Source of the DNA: Paraphysomonas bandaiensis
Lineage: Eukaryota; Protista; Chrysophyceae
Assembly (NCBI GenBank): GCA_965644295.1
Contig: CBFFRP010000108.1
Span: forward strand, 124,001 to 188,000
Direction of reading: 5' to 3'
Length of the DNA stretch: 64,000 nt
Position 1 is the first letter of the stretch. Every line of letters starts with the position of its first letter. Of this stretch, positions 63,192 to 64,000 are shown in pieces. The notes below the pieces were generated by a model that did no database searches, was not told the origin of the DNA, and saw only the letters and a list, made by a program, of their open reading frames with translations. The position numbers and the translations under genes were made by a program.

Positions 63192-64000
63192 GATAATACA
63201 GCTTCCCACACACGAATATATAGAGTTAATGTAATAGACGTAGACTAGAATGTATGTAGTGTATTTAACAAGACCTTACGTTGACTAGAGGAGACCGAGG
63301 TGTTTGTATAGTCTACAGTGTACAGTGTATGCCACCATATGTAGTGATGGAACTATCGGTTTTGTTTTATACGTATAGAGGGTAGACGGTGGAGTTTGTA
63401 GTATACGGTATATGTTGGTGTGAGTGTGCAGGTGACGATGATATGTACAGCAGTATCTAGATACAGCAGTATGGAGGGCCGTAGAATATTCTGTACTCTA
63501 TAGGTACATATACTGCGTATGTTGTATGTACTATGATTGTACGTATATTCTGTATTCCAGGATTGGTGTATACAGCAGGCAGTGATAATGCAAGTAGTTG
63601 TTTGCATGACGCAGCTTGAGCCTGCAGGGCTTTCAACATATAACTTAAACTACAATATCGCTGCATATTACGAGACGAAATTGGAGTGTAATTGAACATT
63701 TGAGATGGATGTTGTGAGAGGAACTTAGTAAGTTATGGCTCTGACTGTTTTTCATATAATTTATTGCTATTATTCTATAGTTTGGGTTATATCTTAGAAG
63801 CCTACGAGTTAACTAAATTACCTGAAGATGAAAGTGTTTCCACTCACCCCGATTTCATTAAAGCAGTTGCATTTTGGATGGTATTTTTCATAGTTCTTCA
63901 TGTGTCGTTTAATACTGCTTTCACGTACTTGTTTCCGACCACCTTTCAAGCCCTCCCAGAGAAAAAGAAAATTGAGATGTCTACATATGTCATATCCACT

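Overview
Gene-dense eukaryotic nuclear DNA with short GT-AG introns (about 45-150 nt) and the standard genetic code. It probably comes from a flagellated stramenopile protist/alga. This is inferred from an FTO homolog, a Pythium/diatom-type delta-6 desaturase and an outer-arm dynein LC4. The left 17.5 kb is one giant gene (at least 5,800 aa, running off the window). It encodes an RNF213/mysterin-like AAA+ core with a vWA (MIDAS) domain inserted into it, then IQ and RGG motifs, then at least two CbbX/SpoVK-type AAA domains. A TAF1A-like gene, a PhyH dioxygenase and a USP7-like deubiquitinase follow. The 29.8-39.8 kb stretch is structurally unusual. It holds a 305-bp-arm near-perfect hairpin, a CRD-less Frizzled/Smoothened-like GPCR, a 0.5-kb compound microsatellite, and a 2.3-kb inverted duplication with two diverging DUF4326-TatD fusion genes around a MORN-repeat gene. 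The right part is mostly housekeeping: FUSC/ALMT-like transporter, delta-6 desaturase, acyl-CoA oxidase-like, syntaxin, tRNA-Gly(CCC), proteasome alpha-1, FTO, RPL15 and dynein LC4, with small decayed repeats and a copia remnant. Exon boundaries were placed by hand and family calls rest on recalled motifs. No searches were run.
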